Assembly: GCA_963827685.1 (NCBI GenBank) | Contig: CAWHBU010000003.1 | Coordinates: forward strand, 1,152,001-1,216,000 | Direction of reading: 5' to 3' | Origin: an uncultured delta proteobacterium | GTDB lineage: Bacteria > Desulfobacterota > BSN033 > UBA1163 | DNA: 64,000 nucleotides | In this document: in pieces, positions 61,175-64,000 of the stretch | Layout of the letters: each line of letters begins with the position of its first letter | Numbering within the stretch: the first letter of the stretch is position 1 | Program-made: the position numbers and the translations under genes | The notes under the pieces: generated by a model | Databases searched by the model: none | Seen by the model: only the letters and a program-made list of their open reading frames with translations | Told to the model about the DNA's origin: nothing

Positions 61175-62416
61175 TTACCTCCGTATTTCACAGTAAACCC
61201 TTGCAATTTCCTTCTGGCTCGCTTCGGCCTTCTTAAAAACGACATCAATCTCTTCACCCCCTGCTTTGCTTTCGGCGAAACCCGCGAGAATAGCGAACGG
61301 GAAACAGATGTCCTGAGGAACCTGAGCCTCTGCTTGAATCGTGCGCAATCCCTCTTCCTGAAGATCCACGGCAAATTTTTTCAGAATTCGTTCCACCTCG
61401 TTAAGATTCGAAAAGGGAAGAAAGGTGGTAAACTGGTTCTTGCTCTGACGGGCAGAAAATCCTCCCGCACCGCCGAAATGCTTGTTGATGTATGTCCCCA
61501 TCGCATTGATAACTTCCTGCCCTCGGGTGTGCCCCAGATGTTCACAGAGTTGATCAAAGTCCTGCAGCGTGAAGAGGGCCACGGAATAGCCTTCTTGAGG
61601 GCGTTTCCGTCTGAGACCCATCTGATTCCGAGCCCTGAATTGACGCTTGGTTTGGATTCCAGTAAGATGTTCCTGAAAATCCTCAAGGCTCTGGACGAAT
61701 TCGTCGATTAAAGGATGCTCGAACTCCTCGAACTGCTCCGGCGTTCCCTGAAAAATGATCTTTCCCTGGTTGATGGCGAGGATGCGGTTCGAGATGAAGA
61801 AGACGTCCGGGACGTCATGGCTGATGAGAACCGCTGTGAAGCCGAACTGCCGCTGGTATTGAGCGATCATGCTCAAGATGGCATTCCTGCGAATGATATC
61901 CTGGCCCGTGGTGGGTTCATCAAAGAGCACCATCTTTGGATCTATCACCAGAGCTCGGCTCAACGCCACTCGCTTCTGCATGCCTCCCGAGAGCTCTGAC
62001 GGATATTTCTGGGCCACGTCCGTAAGTTCCATCTGCTCCATTCTGGTCCTCACCCGCTCCTCAATGGCCTTCTGGCTGAGATGGGTGGTCTGCCGAAGTG
62101 GCAGGGCAATATTTTCGAAGACCGTCATCGAGTCAAAGAGGGCGTTATTCTGGAACATGTAACTGATTTGACTGAAGGTCCGATCCCGCTCGCTCTTGCT
62201 CATTTTCTCAACAGCCTGACCTCGGAACAGGATGCTGCCTTCATCGGGTGTCAGCAACCCGATAATGTGTTTGAGCAGCACGCTCTTGCCGCTGCCACTC
62301 TTCCCAATGATGGTGGTCACCTCTCCCTCATAGATCGTCAGGTCAACCTGATCGAGGACCACATGGTTGTTAAACCGCTTGCTTACTTTTTGGAATTCAA
62401 TCAATGGATTTTTCAT
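61175..62416 (-). CDS. mlaF: MlaF-type ABC ATPase with C-terminal degenerate GGDEF-like extension
   Basis: GKSGSGKS, LSGGMQKRV, DEPTTG; about 160 extra residues. Confidence 0.85.
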   Translation of the reverse strand: MKNPLIEFQKVSKRFNNHVVLDQVDLTIYEGEVTTIIGKSGSGKSVLLKHIIGLLTPDEGSILFRGQAVEKMSKSERDRTFSQISYMFQNNALFDSMTVFENIALPLRQTTHLSQKAIEERVRTRMEQMELTDVAQKYPSELSGGMQKRVALSRALVIDPKMVLFDEPTTGQDIIRRNAILSMIAQYQRQFGFTAVLISHDVPDVFFISNRILAINQGKIIFQGTPEQFEEFEHPLIDEFVQSLEDFQEHLTGIQTKRQFRARNQMGLRRKRPQEGYSVALFTLQDFDQLCEHLGHTRGQEVINAMGTYINKHFGGAGGFSARQSKNQFTTFLPFSNLNEVERILKKFAVDLQEEGLRTIQAEAQVPQDICFPFAILAGFAESKAGGEEIDVVFKKAEASQKEIARVYCEIRR

Positions 62417-62422
62417 CGATCT

Positions 62423-63247
62423 TCACAGAAGAAGAGACGTGACCACATAATCTGCAACGAGGATGAGCACGCACGATACCACCACTGCCGACGTGGTGGA
62501 TAGCCCCACGGCCTTCGCACCGTAGCTATCCCTTCGCAGATGTGTATAGTAACCTTGAAAGCAGCAGATCATTGAGACCAGGACAGCGAACACCACTGCC
62601 TTGACAAAGCCTCCCGTGATATCCTCCATCTCCACCCCGGCCCGCACATGGTGAAAGTAGGTGCCTGCGTTGAGACCCATCAGCATCACCCCGGTGATGA
62701 ACCCACCAACGATACCAATGAGATCAAAGATGGCCGTCAGCAGCGGGAAGCTGATGATGGAAGCGGCGATCCTCGGACTGACCAGATACCGGAGCGGATC
62801 AATCCGCATGGTGTCAAGAGCGTCGATCTGCTCGGAGATGCGTTGGATGCCAATTTCTGCGGCCATGGAGGAGCCTGCTCGAGCCGTGATCATGATGGCT
62901 GTGAGCACGGGGCCCAGCTCCCTGATCAACGACAGCGCCACCGCTGTGCCCAGAACACCCGCTGACCCGAACTTCACGAGTGTATGAAAAAGCTGGAGTC
63001 CCAGAACCATGCCAGTGAACAGGCCGACGAGCATCACGATCGTGGCGGACCTGGCTCCGATGAAATAGACCTGTTGAATGATGATAGGGAACTGCTTGGG
63101 ATGAAAGATCAACAGAAATGCCCTGAAAAGAAAGAGGACCATTGCGCCGAGTTCATTGACCCAGCGTATCACCGTCCTGCCCAGGGAGGTAACCGTTGAT
63201 GCAAAAAACGTAAAACTTAGTGAACCTTTATGTCTAAAAGGTTTCAT
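62423..63247 (-). CDS. mlaE: MlaE permease
   Basis: RELGPVLTA...RAGS..AAEIG...EQIDAL. Confidence 0.93.
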   Translation of the reverse strand: MKPFRHKGSLSFTFFASTVTSLGRTVIRWVNELGAMVLFLFRAFLLIFHPKQFPIIIQQVYFIGARSATIVMLVGLFTGMVLGLQLFHTLVKFGSAGVLGTAVALSLIRELGPVLTAIMITARAGSSMAAEIGIQRISEQIDALDTMRIDPLRYLVSPRIAASIISFPLLTAIFDLIGIVGGFITGVMLMGLNAGTYFHHVRAGVEMEDITGGFVKAVVFAVLVSMICCFQGYYTHLRRDSYGAKAVGLSTTSAVVVSCVLILVADYVVTSLLL

Positions 63248-63592
63248 AGCCGATAAGGAAGATGGTGGCGTCGCCCTACTCCTTCATTTCCACATTACAG
63301 ACATACTCCCAATGATGGGGGATAGACAAAGTGCGGTTATGCGTACATCGAGATGAAATCCCATCATTTTCCTCCCTATTTCACACTCTACCACTTCTCA
63401 TACCCTTCCTTCAAATCTAAAGTCTCCGATGGAGTTCTTCTCATACTTAAGGAATAAATATAGAATATCATAAACAGCGAGTGTGTCAATTGGTTCTCCA
63501 TCTGAAGAAAAAATACTTTCCCCATTAACCTTCTCCATGCCTACCGGCAGGCACGCCCATGGGGGAGGATAGGATCTGTTCATAATCGGTCC

Positions 63593-64000
63593 CTATGGCT
63601 GGGTTAACAATAAATCTCCCACGAACTTCCAACCCCTTAAGCGACCATCACCAATTCTTGCAATGATTTCTTTGCAGGCTTTTTCGTAATCATCAAACAG
63701 ATCTTCCGAAACCAAGACAAGTCTATTCGCGCCCCGAATCTCCTTTACTTCGAGATGATTGGCATCAAATTTTGCTTTTTCAGATTTTCGAACCAGTTCT
63801 AATGGTGACTCCGGTAAAATAACATGCAATAGACCGCAACGTAGATTCTCATACAAATCAAAGGGCCTTCCGCTTCCCTGATTGAATTTACGATAGGATG
63901 TTGGAAAAAGATCATAAATGGCTCTTCTGAAGCGTGGAGCGCTTAAACCCTTAGCTGAAAAAGGCTCTGAATCAAGGCAGGCTCCCAAAAATTCTATCCC
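63593..64000 (-). CDS. hypothetical HEPN-like protein (5' part outside window)
   Basis: Open to the window edge (GIEFLGACLD...); LYENLRCGLLH motif. Confidence 0.6.
   Translation of the reverse strand, partial: GIEFLGACLDSEPFSAKGLSAPRFRRAIYDLFPTSYRKFNQGSGRPFDLYENLRCGLLHVILPESPLELVRKSEKAKFDANHLEVKEIRGANRLVLVSEDLFDDYEKACKEIIARIGDGRLRGWKFVGDLLLTQP

Overview
Chromosomal window of an anaerobic bacterium, most consistent with a deltaproteobacterium/Desulfobacterota (inferred from gene content and style only). 1-15 kb is core genome on the minus strand: porGDAB, recR-ybaB-dnaX-ffs, a serS/tadA tRNA cluster (all four tRNA-Ser plus tRNA-Arg-ACG) and uvrA. The tRNA cluster is heavily colonised by small hairpin elements. 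One is a ~0.9 kb integrase-free module at tRNA-Ser(GGA) with about 8.4 copies of a 66-bp tandem repeat, a GIY-YIG nuclease gene and a 15-bp tRNA 3'-end duplication. 15.2-35.3 kb is a ~20 kb insertion bracketed by a diverged duplication of the uvrA 5' end and the polyamine promoter. It carries the alternative spermidine pathway (CASDH + nspC), a TIR gene, an integron-type cassette array with attC sites but no intI, and two TA pairs. Many cassette junctions are occupied by a composite ~96-bp GGGGTCAG-TIR repeat. The resident polyamine operon (XRE-cupin regulator, pdaD, speB) keeps only a 38-codon remnant that resembles speE. The rest holds an RpoD-like sigma factor, ferredoxin, patatin, tatA/B, a rearranged/duplicated region with IS3 remnants, a high-GC RND efflux + two-component block, and an mlaEFDC operon whose ATPase carries a degenerate GGDEF-like tail. 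All calls are from reading the sequence by eye; no database search or folding was run.
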